64,000 nt of DNA from Macrostomum lignano (Eukaryota): assembly GCA_002269645.1 (NCBI GenBank), contig NIVC01001050.1:307683-371682 (forward strand), in the 5' to 3' direction. Below are positions 1-12,640 of the stretch, piece by piece. Numbering within the stretch: the stretch's first letter is position 1; the number at the start of each line of letters is the position of its first letter. The notes under the pieces are model-generated. The model searched no databases. It worked only from the letters and a program-made list of their open reading frames with translations, and was not told the DNA's origin. A program made the translations under genes and the position numbers.

Positions 1-24
1 TTTCTTGTGCTTCACCACAATGTC
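1..24 (-). CDS. ACADVL: ACADVL exon 8 (partial, runs off the window)
   Basis: tgtacag acceptor then DIVVKHKK, matching the VLCAD C-terminal-domain xKHKK motif. Confidence 0.8.
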
Positions 25-3000
25 CTGTACAGGTTGCGGGTGTTGGGAGTAGGAGAGGGTGGAGACAAAGGAGTTAAAAAGTTAATTTAGGATTTACTAT
101 ATAGGATCTACTTATCCATCCCCTTTGATTCTATCTACATCAACCAACCCCATCTATGAACACGAACCCACTCCATCTATCCACACAAACCCACTCCATC
201 TATCCACACAAACCCACTCCATCTATCCACACAAACCAACCCCATCTATGAACACGAACCCACTCCATCTATCCACACAAACCCACTCCATCTATCCACA
301 CAAACCAACTCCATCTATCCACACAAACCCACTCCATCTATCCACACAAACCACTCCATCTATCCATACAAACCAACTCCATCTATCCACACAAACCCAC
401 CCATCTATCTACAAACCCACCCATCTATCTACAAACCCACCAATCTATCTACAAACCCACCCATCTATCTACAAACCCACCCATCTATATACAAACCCAC
501 CCATCTATCTACAAACCCACCCATCTATCTACAAACCCACCCATCTATATACAAACCCACCCATCTATCTACAAACCCACCCATCTATATACAAACCCAC
601 CCATCTATCTACAAACCCACCCATCTATATACAAACCCACCCATCTATCTACAAACCCACCCATCTATCTACAAACCCACACCATCTATCTACAAACCCA
701 CCCATCTATCTACAAACCCACCCATCTATCTACAAACCCACCCATCTATCTACAAACCCACCCATCTATCTACAAACCCACCCATCTATATACAAACCCA
801 CCCCATCTATCTACGAACCCACCCCATCTATCTACAAACCCACCCCATCTATCCACAAACCCACACCATCTATATACAAACCCACCCATCTATCTACAAA
901 CCCACCCATCTATCTACAAACCCACCCCATCTATCTACAAACCCACCCCATCTATCTACAAACCCACCCCATCTATCTACAAACCCACCCCATCTATCTA
1001 CAAACCCACCCATCTATCTACAAACCCACCCCATCTATCTACAAACCCACCCCATCTATCTACAAACCCACCCATCTATCTACAAACCCACCCCATCTAT
1101 CTACAAACCCACCCCATCTATATACAAACCCACCTATCTATCTACAAACCCACCCCATCTATCTACAAACCCACCCCATCTATATACAAACCCACCTATC
1201 TATCTACAAACCCACCCCATCTATCTACAAACCCACCCCATCTATATACAAACCCACCTATCTATATACAAACCCACCCAATCTATCCAGCCGCTTACCT
1301 GCACAGCCTGGCCCAGGTGTCCGGCAGTCTGGCCGAGCAGTTCGCCAGACGCTTTCAGCTCGGGATGCAGCCGCTCGAGCAGGGCCCCAGTGTCTGGTGA
1401 GGCCACGGAGCCCAAGCCCATCTTTCTGAAGCCCATGGACACCAGAGCTGATGGATTGCTCAACGGGCTCTTAGCCAACTGTTGCAGCTGCTTGCCAGCG
1501 TACTGCACGCCCAGCAGAGTGAAGAACAATCGAAGAATATCGTTGGTGCCTTCGAATATACGAAAGATGCGTAGGTCGCGCATGACGCGTTCTAGGCCGG
1601 TCTCTCGCATGTAGCCCATGCCGCCCAGGATCTGATGGGGTGTAGATTAACAAAAATTATCGGGTTTCAGTCACAAGAGAAAGATGGGTTTAACAGCTCA
1701 AATGAAAAAAAGTCACGTGAGTTAAAAAAGATCACTTAGGTTAAGGTCATGTGACAAAATGATCGGATTTAAGTCACGTGACGAAAGGATTGAGTTTGGG
1801 TCACATGATAAAAAGATTGGGTTCCGGTCACGTGACAAAATGATCGGGATAGGGTTACGTGACATATTTGGGTTTGGGTCACTTAATAAAAGGATTGAGT
1901 TCGGGTCACGTGATAAAAGGATTGAGCTCGGGTCACGTGACAAAATGATCGGGATAGGGTTACGTGACATATTTGGGTTTGGGTCACTTAATAAAAGGAA
2001 TGAGTTCGGGTCACGTGATAAAAGGATTGAGCTCGGGTCACGTGACAAAAAGATTGAGCTCGGGTCACGTGACAAAAACATTGAGCTCGGGTCACGTGAC
2101 AAACGAACCGGGTTCAAGTCACGTGACAAAAGGATCGGGTTTAAGTCACATGACAAAATGATTCAGCTCGGGTCACGTGACATAAGGATTGAGTTCGGGT
2201 CACGTGATAAAAGGATTGAGCTCGGGTCACGTGACAAAAAGATTGAGCTCGGGTCACGTGACAAAAACATTGAGCTCGGGTCACGTGACAAACGAACCGG
2301 GTTCAAGTCACGTGACAAAAGGATCGGGTTTAAGTCACATGACAAAATGATTCAGCTCGGGTCACGTGACAAAAGGATTGAGTTTGGGTCACGTGACAAA
2401 AGGATTGAGTTCGGGTCACGTGACAAAAGGACTGAGTTCAGATCACGTGACAAGGGATCGACTTGAGGTTTTGTGGGGTTTAAGATGACAACAGACGAAT
2501 AAATAGATGGCTTCACACGGCAAACAACACACCTGAATAGCCTCATCAGCGCAATACCAAGCGGCCTCAGATCCGTAGACTTTGCTAATAGCAGCTTCGG
2601 CTTGGAACTCGGCCACGCCAGAATCCATCAGGCCGCTAACTAGGTAAGCCATAGACTCAGTTGCATAGTGCTTAGCAGCCATCCTAGCCAGCTTCTCCTG
2701 GATAGCTCCGTAGCTGGAGATCTTCGCTCCGAACTGGGTCCGGCCGGCCGCGTGCTCCGAGGCCTTAGCAATGCACAGTCGCATTGTCCCGGACAGAGCC
2801 GCTGCCATGCCGAATCGGCCATTGTTGAGCACATTCATGGCCACCTTGAATCCGTTGCCAACTCCGCCCAGTACATTTTCAACTGGGATTTCGGTGTCTT
2901 CGAAATAGAGAGCGGCCGTGTTGCTGCACTTGATACCCATCTTCTTCTCGGGTGGTCCGCTGGAGTTTATTATAGTTGGAGTAGGGGCCATCTCTATTCA

Positions 3001-6000
3001 GTGCTGTGAGCTAACTGATTGCTAACTAGATCTGCTTTGAATGTACTGTAAATAGTAGCTAGATCTAGTATCTACAGTAGTAGTCTATTTAGCAGTCTAA
3101 TTGGGCAGTTAGATCTTCCAGTAGTCTAATTGGGCAGTTAGATCTTCCAGTAGTCTAATGGGCAGTTAGATCTTCCAGTAGGCTAATTGGGCAGTTAGAT
3201 CTGCCAGTAGTCTAATTGGGCAGTTAGATCTTCCAGTAGTCTAATTGGGCAGTTAGATCTGCCAGTAGGCTAATTGGACAGTTGGATCTGCCAGTATTCT
3301 AATAGGTTATCTAATATTCTAATAGCAGTTACTTGTAGATTTACCAGTAGCTATTCTAATTGGTAGATAGATTTATCATTAGCTTATTTAGACGGTTTGA
3401 ATAACTATAACCATAATATAATAATATTTATTAGACATACAGAAGACTGAAAATGAGTATTTTAGCATTTTAAAATACACGAGTACTACTACTGCTACTT
3501 GTAGTAGGCTAGACTTTTTAAGCAAGTGAAAAACACTTGAAAATGAAATACTTATTTTCTGAGTGCTGAGAGAGCAACTGACACACCTACAGGCCGATAA
3601 ACTGGTTCTGATAGTAGAGCAGAAAAACACACAACAAGTGACTAAGGGGTTGAAATTCAAATGCACCTTGAGCCACAGTCCACTAGGTTTCTAAGCCATG
3701 TCTAATTATTAAAGATCAAGACAACTCAACAACCTTTGAACTTTGGACGGAACAGTTAGACCTTAGTTGAAACGATCTAACCCTTGGAGATTAGGCCAGT
3801 AAGCGGTGCTTGGTGAAGCAAGTTAGGTGGGTTACGATTCAATAGCCTTTTCGAAGCATACGTTGGAAAATCAGAAAACAACTCTATAGCTGCAAGCCTG
3901 CATTTACAGTCTTAGAAAAGAATTAAAGCTTTAGGATAGTAAAAATTGTTAAAATAAAAATTCTGAATAAAATTAGAGATTACAACAGTTAAGGCTGTAG
4001 GATGAGATTAGAGGCTGTCAGATGGGATTAGAGACTGTCGGGTGAGATTAGAGGCTGTCGGATGGGATTAGAGACTGTCGGATGGGATTAGAGGCTGTCG
4101 GGTGGGATTAGAAGCTGTCGGGTGGGATTAGAGGCTGTCGGATAGGATTAGAGGCTGTCGGATGGGATTAGAGGCTGTCGGATGGGATTAGAGGCTGTCG
4201 GGTGAGATTAGAGGCTGTCGGATGGGATTAGAGACTGTCGGATGGGATTAGAGGCTGTCGGGTGGGATTAGACGCTGTCGGGTGGGATTAGACGCTGTCG
4301 GGTGGGATTAGAGGCTGCCGGATGGGATTAGAGGCTGTCGGATGGGATTAGAGGCTGTCGGATGGGATTAGAGGCTGTCGGATGGGATTAGAGACTGTCG
4401 GATGGGATTAGAGACTGTCGGATGGGATTAGAGGCTGTCGGATGGGATTAGAGACTGTCGGACCGAATTAGAAAACTTTCAGTATGGGATTTTATGGTTA
4501 AGGATGGGATTAGGTGCTTAAAAATGGGATCAGAGATTTTGAGATGGGATTAGAGGCTTCAGGGTGGGATCCAAAGGTTTCAGAGTGAAATCTGAAGATT
4601 CAGAGTGGGAGCTGCGGCTTCAGGGTGGGATCCAAGGGATTCAGGGTGGAATCTGAAGATTCAGTGTGAAATTTAAGACTTCAGGGCAGTGATCAATTGC
4701 ATCACAATGAGTTCAAAAATAATAACTCAATGCCGTTTTACCTGCTAACACCGCCAAATCCTCGTTCGACAATAAAAGCCGTCACCTTGTCCTTAGCGGC
4801 TCCAGTAGCTTCATCTTTAACCTCGGTCTTGGCGAACACTGTCATCACATCGGCAATGCCGCCATTGCTGATCCACAACTTGGAGCCGTTCATCTTGTAG
4901 TGCTTGCCGCAGGGCGACAGCACAGCCCGAGTCTGCACCGAGCCGGCATCAGAGCCCGAGCTCGGCTCAGTCAAACAGTACGCCGCGAACTTTTTACCAG
5001 AAGCCAAATCTGGCAGGTATTTCTGCTTCTGCTCGTGCGTGCCGTACAGGGTGATGCCCTGTGTGGTTTGGGGTTGGTGCTTGGTTCACAGTAGTGATAG
5101 GTAGACACACCCTCAATTACCCCAGCTAATGCTGGCACCCATTTTACAGCTGGGTGAACTGAAGCAATGCAGAGTTAAGTGTCTTGCTCAATTGTTCCAG
5201 TGGGATCAGGAATCGAACTCCCGACCTTTCAGTCGGTTGTCGTGCAATTCAATCTATGATGGCCAACCGCCAAGACAATTTGCTCAGGAAGTTAGTGGAG
5301 AATCCGGCCAGCTCAAGATTGGGTTTTCTTTTTAGCTCTCTTATACGGCTTAAAACTTCTCTCTCCTCTTTTTTTATCAATCCTCTTTTCACTTCCCTCT
5401 CTTCTTATCTTCTCTTCTCTCATCTCATCTCTCATCTCCTTTCTCTCTTCGATTCCCTCTCCTCTCAGACCTTAAATCCGATGCTCTGATGAGCGCCAAG
5501 GGCGATACCGACTCCCAGATCGTAGGCGCCGACAACTTCAACTAAACGGGCGTATTGGGTGTTGCTCAGGCCGAGGCCGCCGTATTCTATGGGTACCTGG
5601 AGTGCAGGCGAAACTTTGCGTAGTTGATACGGTGAAGCGTGTACTGATAATAAGCGTGTTCTAAGATTCTGGCTTTGGAATAGTGAACGACAATGTGGGA
5701 TGTAAATTGGAAATGGGAAGATGGTAAGTGAGAGTGAATTGAGATAGGAATGTGGGATTGGGGGATATCAGATGAGACGTGAATGTGGGATTGGGGAATA
5801 TGGGATGGGATGGGAATGTGGAATTGGGGAATATGGGATGAGATGGGAATGTGGAATTGGGGAATATGGGATGGGATGGGAATGTGGAATTGGGGAATAT
5901 GGGATGGGATGGGAATGTGGAATTGGGGAATATGGGATGGGATGGGAATGTGGAATTGGGGAATATGGGATGGGATTGTGGAATTGGGGAATATGGGATG

Positions 6001-9000
6001 GGATGGGAATGTGGAATTGGGGAATATGGGATGGGATGGGAATGTGGAATTGGGGAATATGGGATGGGATGGGAATGTGGAATTGGGGAATATGGGATGG
6101 GATGGGAATGTGGAATTGGGGAATATGGGATGAGATGTGAAATTAAGGAGCGACTGAGTGAAGAACACAATGAAGGACACGAACCTGCAATCCGAAGGCG
6201 CCCATCTCAGCCAGTCCAGTGAGCGTATTGGGCTCGATGGTCTCTAAGGCGTCATTCTTATCGGCGTTGTTCACCTCCTGGAAGAATTTATCGACGGGTT
6301 CCACCATGCCGGCAAGAGTTGACCGCTGGTCAGAGTCCAATACAGACGGGAAGGGCGTCAGCTGCTTCGTGTTAACGCGTCCGGAGAATAGGTTCAGCAC
6401 GAAGGAGTCGCTGGCCTGAAGGTGCGAGTGTTCAGTGCCAGCATGGAGTAATGATGAAGGCTGGTGCAGTTAGAGAATGGCATCTCAGCAACTGACGATC
6501 TGAGAGGCTGGCCCAGCAAATGAGGATCTGGGAGGCTGGCCCAGCAACTGGGGATCTGGGAGGCTGGCCCAGCAACTGAGGATCTGGGAGGCTGGCCCAG
6601 CAACTGAGGATCTGGGAGGCTGGCCCAGCAACTGAGCATCTGGGAGGCTGGCCCAGCAACTGGGGATCTGGGAGGCTGGCCCAGCAACTGGGGATCTGGG
6701 AGGCTGGCCCAGCAACTGAGCATCTGGGAGGCTGGCCCAGCAACTGAGGATCTGGGAGGCTGGCCAAGCAACTGAGCATCTGGGAGGCTGGCCAAGCAAC
6801 TGAGCATCTGGGAGGCTGGCCCAGCAACTGAGGATCTGGGAGGCTGGCTCAGCAACTGAGCATCTGGGAGGCTGGCCCAGCAACTGAGCATCTGGGAGGC
6901 TGGCCCAGCAACTAAGGATTTAGTAAGGAAGGTGGCAATAGCATAGCTTACTTATGACAAACCCAAATCCCAACTTGCCAAGAATTATCTAATCTGCCTC
7001 TTATAGTTACAAATATATATAAATTTACCCATCCTATTATAGACTAGTCAATATGAATCAAATTAAAATGAATTTAGACAATTCTAGCAGAAATTATACA
7101 AAACTTACCTCATTTGACTTAGCATCTTTGCTTGATTCAGCAGTAGAAGCAGTTGCTGCATATCTACTTGTTAATCTTGGAATACTAAAAATGAACATGA
7201 AATATAGAAGGATAAAACCAGCATATATATTAAGTAAACATTATATTAATATTAATTTTCAAAACCAGAAAGTATAAAAAAGAAGCCAACTATTGCAAAT
7301 ACCATGAAATATTTTATTAGAACATATATACAAATTAAGGATATCACTATACATACTATACATAAAGTTACTTTTGTGGCGGCCAGACTGTACGCGACCG
7401 GCAGCACCAGTGCAGCCGCACTGAAACCCCCCCCAACCTCTGTCTAGCTGAGGTGGGGTTGCTAGGCCAAGCTAGCCAGCTCGCTAAGCCGGGGGGGGGG
7501 GGGGGGGGCGTAGCCTATCACGCTACGCCACCTGTTCACACCTCCCTAGGCCTCTCAATCTCGCACAGTTTGTGTAAATATAAATATACGCGAAAACCAG
7601 CACAAAATCTTTGCTGCCATTCCATCTGTTGAACTAATTAAGGCCTTCCGCCTCACTATCATACTATTATTAATAAAAATAAGTTAGTTGAGGTTAATCT
7701 AACCTATATTTGTCTTGTTATAAATACTTAGCATTGGCATAATCTTTTATAGCTTAGTTAGTAAAATTACAAATATTTTAATTTATATTAAACATTAATA
7801 TCAATAGCACTATGTAACACAATATTTATCTATAGGCTAGAATGCTTTTTCCCATTTGTCATGCCAAAATGAAGTGAAAAATAGTATTCTTTTACCCCAG
7901 GGACTTAGACTTTGGTTTTAAACTGTATACTTCAGCTTAGTGGAATTATAATAGCATATACAAACACATAATCTTGAATAATTGAAGTCAGGCTTGCCAA
8001 CCAAAAGTTTTTATGCAAACAGCTATTAAATTGAGTTTAGTAATCGACCAAGACTAAGAAAAAGAAACTTTTCAATGAAAGACAAGATTTTTTTGTTACA
8101 TGGTGTAGCATTATAATAGAATTTTATTATCACATTATACACAGTAGGGCAATCGGGGAAGGGGTGAAGGGCTAGTTGCCCCGTCCTTTTGGTAGAGACC
8201 AAAAAATCTAAGTGGGGACCAAGTAATTTTTTCCAAAATATAGAGCTACCCACTTTATTATCTCCCCTTGGGTTTTACTTTCTAGAATCTACCTCCTTCC
8301 AACAAATTTTGTCATCTTATGCCATGTCTTCATCTTTATCCATTTTGAAAATAAGACACTAAGACACTAATAAGTCATCATCTAGCTAATTGGTATGCTT
8401 TAAAGTTTTGTCAGTTTATCATTTACTAATAAAAACTATTATAGACTCAATTTATACATGCCATTGCATACAACTATATATAAAAACTAAGGCCAAACTA
8501 TGAGACTTCAAGGCTATGAAACATAATTGTCCCCTTCTCCTTTCTTATTCTGGACTTGGGACTAGAGAATTACAAAGTTACAATACACAGGATTTATAAT
8601 AGTAAAGTAAATATAATATGAAATGCAATTTAAAGGAAAAATGTAGATAAAAGAAAGGAAAGAAGAGGTGAGAAAAAGAGAAAAGAGACAATTTTGCTCT
8701 ATATCTTAATTTTTTTCAATAGTGCATCTTGAATGAAATGTTTCTTGGAAATACATTTAGAAAGTTTTCACACACATCTATAGGATAAACAATATGCCTA
8801 CTCAATAGAAAAAACAAACTCAATTAAAAATAAAAGTTAATTAGGCCTGCATATTAACTAATACCATTATAGAAGTTTGCCTTCACCAAATTTGTTTATG
8901 GTGATTGGTGAATCTTTATTGCCAAAGTTATTTATTGCCAAATAATTGGTTAACACATAAGTTAGCCTATAGTGATGACAAAGTGTCTACAAGTCTTGGT

Positions 9001-9422
9001 CACATTTTTATCCACCCTTTTAGACCTTGGTCTTTGACCTTGGACAGTTCATCATCTGGATGACAAAGTTGTAAGATGATAGTGTCTAGGAATGCAAATT
9101 TCTAGTTGTAGGCCCTACTATTGATTTATATAATTTTGAAAACTAAAATATAAATTTGGAGTTCATGAAAATAAAATTCTTAATATCAATGAATAATTTA
9201 AACTAATATTGCAATATTTAGGCCTAGCTAGAAGACTATTTGATTATATGCCTAATATAATATAATGATTATTAAAACTAATATAGTAATAATAGATAAT
9301 AACATAATCAAAACTATAAGTATAATGGCTTTTATTACGGCTTTATAAATTGCATACCTTGAATTAACTTGGATAAATGACTTTAGAACATTCAGCTTTT
9401 TGAGAACCTGAACAGAGTACAT
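1..9422 (-). CDS. ACADVL: Very-long-chain acyl-CoA dehydrogenase, mitochondrial; multi-exon and 3'-partial. CDS exons (minus): 9422-9358, 7184-7109, 6415-6185, 5596-5471, 5058-4742, 2959-2533, 1631-1299, 24-<1
   Basis: All junctions are GT-AG with matching phases (2,0,0,0,2,0,0). The spliced product begins [32 protein letters not shown] (transit-peptide-like). It contains [56 protein letters not shown] (VLCAD-type rather than ACAD9-type), [26 protein letters not shown] and VKHKK. Confidence 0.95.
130..1285. repeat. 20-23 bp minisatellite (ACAAACCCACCCATCTATCT) filling ACADVL intron 7
   Basis: Direct tandem units visible in the sequence. Confidence 0.97.
1299..1631 (-). CDS. ACADVL: ACADVL exon 7
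   Basis: [35 protein letters not shown]...GQAVQ; donor CAG|GTAAGC. Confidence 0.95.
1700..2460. repeat. 27 bp minisatellite with a GTCACGTGAC palindrome, ACADVL intron 6
   Basis: About 28 units of GGGTCACGTGACAAAAGGATTGAGTTC and variants; a 7-unit (189 bp) block is duplicated. Confidence 0.96.
2533..2959 (-). CDS. ACADVL: ACADVL exon 6
   Basis: [10 protein letters not shown]...NNGRFGM...[22 protein letters not shown]. Confidence 0.95.
3100..3300. repeat. 29 bp minisatellite (GTAGTCTAATTGGGCAGTTAGATCTTCCA)
   Basis: About 7 tandem units. Confidence 0.92.
4000..4465. repeat. 20 bp minisatellite (GGGATTAGAGGCTGTCGGAT), decaying to about 4690
   Basis: About 23 tandem units. Confidence 0.95.
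4742..5058 (-). CDS. ACADVL: ACADVL exon 5
   Basis: [16 protein letters not shown]...[10 protein letters not shown]...[11 protein letters not shown]; donor AG|GTAAAA. Confidence 0.95.
5102..5234 (-). mobile_element. 5'-truncated copy of the tRNA-headed CORE-like SINE
   Basis: Reverse complement matches the 17130 and 26172 copies (B box GTTCGATTCC, GAGCAAGACACTTAAC, CCCAGCTGTAAAATGGGTGCCAGCATTAGCTGGGGTAATTGAGG). Confidence 0.9.
5471..5596 (-). CDS. ACADVL: ACADVL exon 4
   Basis: [42 protein letters not shown]; not in the ORF track. Confidence 0.93.
5781..6135. repeat. 33 bp G-rich minisatellite (GGGAATGTGGAATTGGGGAATATGGGATGGGAT)
   Basis: About 11 tandem units in ACADVL intron 3. Confidence 0.96.
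6185..6415 (-). CDS. ACADVL: ACADVL exon 3
   Basis: [12 protein letters not shown]...[10 protein letters not shown]; ttcag acceptor, GTTCGT donor. Confidence 0.92.
6495..6915. repeat. 28 bp minisatellite (GGGAGGCTGGCCCAGCAACTGAGGATCT)
   Basis: About 14-15 tandem units in ACADVL intron 2. Confidence 0.96.
7109..7184 (-). CDS. ACADVL: ACADVL exon 2
   Basis: ttttag acceptor and GAG|GTAAGT donor; encodes [25 protein letters not shown], in frame with exon 3. Confidence 0.8.
7375..7535. mobile_element. Possible MITE remnant (GC-rich island with a long G run)
   Basis: Begins GTGGCGGCCAG and ends GCTACGCCACCTG, resembling CAGTGGCG-type terminal inverted repeats. Contains a GCGTAGC/GCTACGC hairpin. 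No target-site duplication identified. Confidence 0.3.
9358..9422 (-). CDS. ACADVL: ACADVL exon 1 (ATG; transit peptide)
   Basis: ATG at 9422, open for 21 codons + 2 nt, donor AG|GTATGC. Phase 2 matches exon 2. Confidence 0.75.
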
Positions 9423-10689
9423 TTTTTATCTCACTGTCTGTCTGAGACTGTCTCTAATGAAACTTGTATTAGGGAAGAAAAAAAAGATCTTAAATGAACT
9501 TTAGCAGTAACCTTATGCGCAGCTGCTAGCAAGTAAGGCAGTAACTAACTACCAGTATAGTAGTCGCAGTGGTACTTGCTTTATAGTTTATAGCACACTT
9601 GTATGACAAAGCAAAAGATAGATAACGATTGAGGAGTGAGGACCCCGTGGAAGTGAAGTGAACGATTTCTTAAAATTTTACAGTTTAAAAAAATTTTAGC
9701 ATCCAAAGCTATTCAAAATAGTTGCGGAGCCAGACTATTAAATGCTTTTAAAAGTAACAGTGGGTCTAAAGCTCATAATTTTGCCTGAAAATGCGTAAAT
9801 ATATTACTGCGTTAGTTTTACTGTGTATACTATGATTTATTATTTCTGGAATTTTACACACAAAACTCTCTTGAAATTTTTATTTTTTCCAGAGGGACGA
9901 TCATTGAAGGACGACCCGTTCCCTCTACATAAAAAAACTAGTTAAACTAATCATTCAGCTCATTCCTTTGGTACTTTTTCTCACTTCGTCATATATCACT
10001 TCGTCATATAATTTTTCAAAGCTACTTTGCTTCTGGTCACTTCGTCATCTGATATGACGAAATGGAATATGACGATCTGACCAGTGACCACAAATAGAGG
10101 GAGGTTTTGAGATGCGGAATTATTTGCACAGTAAAATTAAAAAATTAAAATTGAAGAAATCGAATGTAATGTCCATGCATATACAACTTAATACCTGCAT
10201 ATTGTGCTGTAGATGTACATTCGTAAGTTGCATTTAAAATTTTATTGTTCAAGTTTGTACATAGTTACAACTGTATAGACTATGCACGTAAAATGAGGGT
10301 TGATTTGACTTCTTGAATTTAGTTGTTGGGGACCTCGATCCGTGCGCGCATAATTGCATGGATACCGCGCGGGGACGCGTTGATCCCGGCGACAATGGAC
10401 AGCTAGTGCTGCGGTGTCGCGCCAAGGTCTACTAGACTAGACTAACAAATTAGTGTTAATTTTTCTATGTGGTTCAATCTTTTGACGCGCAGGGTCGAGA
10501 TCCGGTCGTACCGGGTTCCGCAGCGGCAGCGCGGTCCCCGGCCTACGGAGATCGAGTCCAGCCTAGATATTGGTTTATTGTTTCTTCATGATGACGGCTT
10601 TGTTCTAGAGCAAGATTTGTTAAGTTTTGTTGATTTTGCAAGATTTGTTGATTTTGCAATTGTGAACATGATAGCCATGATGCATGGTT

Positions 10690-11600
10690 TTTAAGCCGAG
10701 AGCTTGAGACCGCAACTCTCGTGCCAATATCGCTCGATCGGCACGGTGGATGAAAGCTTGAAGGAGCTGTGGCGGTGACATTATAGCGAAGGTCCGGCTG
10801 AACAATTCATCCCTGACCAGTTCCAGAAAATCGTTCCGAGGACTCCACAATGCGGTCTACCTTTCTGGACCTCCAGAATTAAAGGTGAGGTGTCGGAGGG
10901 GCCAGTGCGAGTTTGGCAGTCCGATAGGTAGAACACGTATACATGATCCAGCGTTGAAGTCCTCGTGACGCCCACTATTCCAGGACACGCCTACTTCAAA
11001 GAACACACCAATACCGAGGGCGCATATCCCTGCACCGAGCAGTGCACGCTCCAGCTTGTCGACAATGGCATGCATGAGACGAAACGAAATGAAATGCCTG
11101 GCATTGAAACGTCCAGGTCGAAAGACGTGCTGGTTGAGAGAGGAGACGCCAGAGTACCAGCCGTTCCATCAGAGTGAGGAAGAAAGACGTCAGACTGATG
11201 GGGTGGTAAGCTTTGGCAGAGTGACAGCAAGGACCACTGTATTATAGCTACATACAGTGGTCCTTGAGTGACAGTCTCCCTAATTCCCTAGTTTGGGTAT
11301 GAAGACTATCGAGACCTCTTGCTAAGCCTGGGCACGTACATGTACATGTACCCCGAGGGTAAGGCAGGCCTTGAAGAGGTTGCACAAGGAGGCCGAGGAA
11401 CCTGTAATATTTAAATGCTTCATGGAGGGATCCAAGCGCCAGGGTGCCACCAAGGGGTTGTTGTTTTGCCTTTGTGTAGGCTTTGAGAGGACAGGGAGAT
11501 TCATGAGCTGACTGACATCATCCAGGAGCTATAGGCATTATCCACTTCCTGACCAGCCCGCGGCAGAGAGATATTGGACATGTCCGGATATTGGGGTAAA
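10690..11600 (-). pseudogene. Degenerate, internally deleted non-LTR retrotransposon carrying reverse transcriptase remnants
   Basis: Frameshifted RT motifs in order: IVFIPKLG, AKAYHPISLTSFFLTLMERLV, LNQHVFRPGR, HAIVDKLERAL..GVFFEV, QKGRPHCGVL..FWN/LVRDEL, QAF..ADRAIL. 11435-11510 resembles 14010-14092, and 11555-11595 resembles 12650-12682. Confidence 0.8.
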
Positions 11601-12119
11601 TAGGTTGCCTGCAGTACGTGGCATGAATCTTGAAGCAAGTCACGAACCCAGAGCCGAGTTGTATGAAACCACATGTGGTACCTAAAATAGAGCTGAATTA
11701 GTCTTTTTCAATCGACAAAGATAACTATAGAAAAAATAATTCCAAGATAAAAATAACATAATTCGATGGATTGCAGTTTAGTGGAGATAATTTTATTTGT
11801 TTAAAGATTTTTAACGATTTTCATGGCGAAATGGACTTCGCTGCGAAACTAAAAAGCCACAGGCATCTATTTCTGAGACTGAAATATCCCAGCGGCAATT
11901 ATATTTATTTTTAGGAAGTGGTCTGCTATTTATATGTTTTGCTATGGGAAATTTAGGTCCCGTCAAAGTGCCCGAAGCTCGAATTGAAAGACCGACTGGC
12001 TTCCACCCTTGTTGACGTCTGCATTGCCCACTGGGAAACCAACGACAGGCGTACGTCTCTGGACTGAGTTCTAAATTATATTCCTATCCCTTGTTTTCCC
12101 AAACTGATCTCTAAACACT

Positions 12120-12560
12120 GATGTGTCACTTTCAGACTGACGTGACTCCCAGGCTGATGATGTAACCTCTAGACTCACGTGACCTCCCCGTATTGATTTG
12201 ACTCCCAGACTGATGTGACCTAAGACTGATGTCGCTCTCAAACTGACGTGACTCCCAGGCTGATGTGACTCCCAGACTGATGTGAACTCAGACTGATCAC
12301 TGATGTGACACCCAGGCTGATGTGACCTCTAGACTCACGTGACCTCCCCGGATTGATTTGACTCCCAGACTGATGTGACCCCCAGACTGATGTGACCCCC
12401 AGACTGATGTGACCCCCAGACTGATGTGACCCCCAGACTGATGTGACCCCCAGACTGATGTGGCCCCCAGACTGATGTGACCCCCAGACTGATGTGACCC
12501 CCAGACTGATGTGACCCCCAGACTGATGTGACCCCCAGACTGATATGACCTGATGATGTG
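12120..12560. repeat. 17 bp minisatellite (GACCCCCAGACTGATGT), left part
   Basis: Tandem units; the same unit resumes at 14137. Confidence 0.95.
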
Positions 12561-12640
12561 ATGTGCAATGGCGGGTACAGCACGCCTGTGTAGCATGAGA
12601 CAGACTAGGCCTACGAGCTAAGGTCTGCGATCCTACACGG

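Noticed and set aside
125-1429. 434 aa ORF, and similar long ORFs at 1759, 5587-6222, 6394-6891, 17694-18512, 21099, 24196, 27152, 28518, 29803, 32804, 35620, 42280-43366 and 52060
   Set aside because: They are translations of stop-free tandem repeats, mostly intronic, open in several frames and with no domain content.
9970-10095. Repeated and inverted TCACTTCGTCAT motifs
   Set aside because: Probably a small decayed DNA-transposon remnant; no boundaries or target duplication could be defined.
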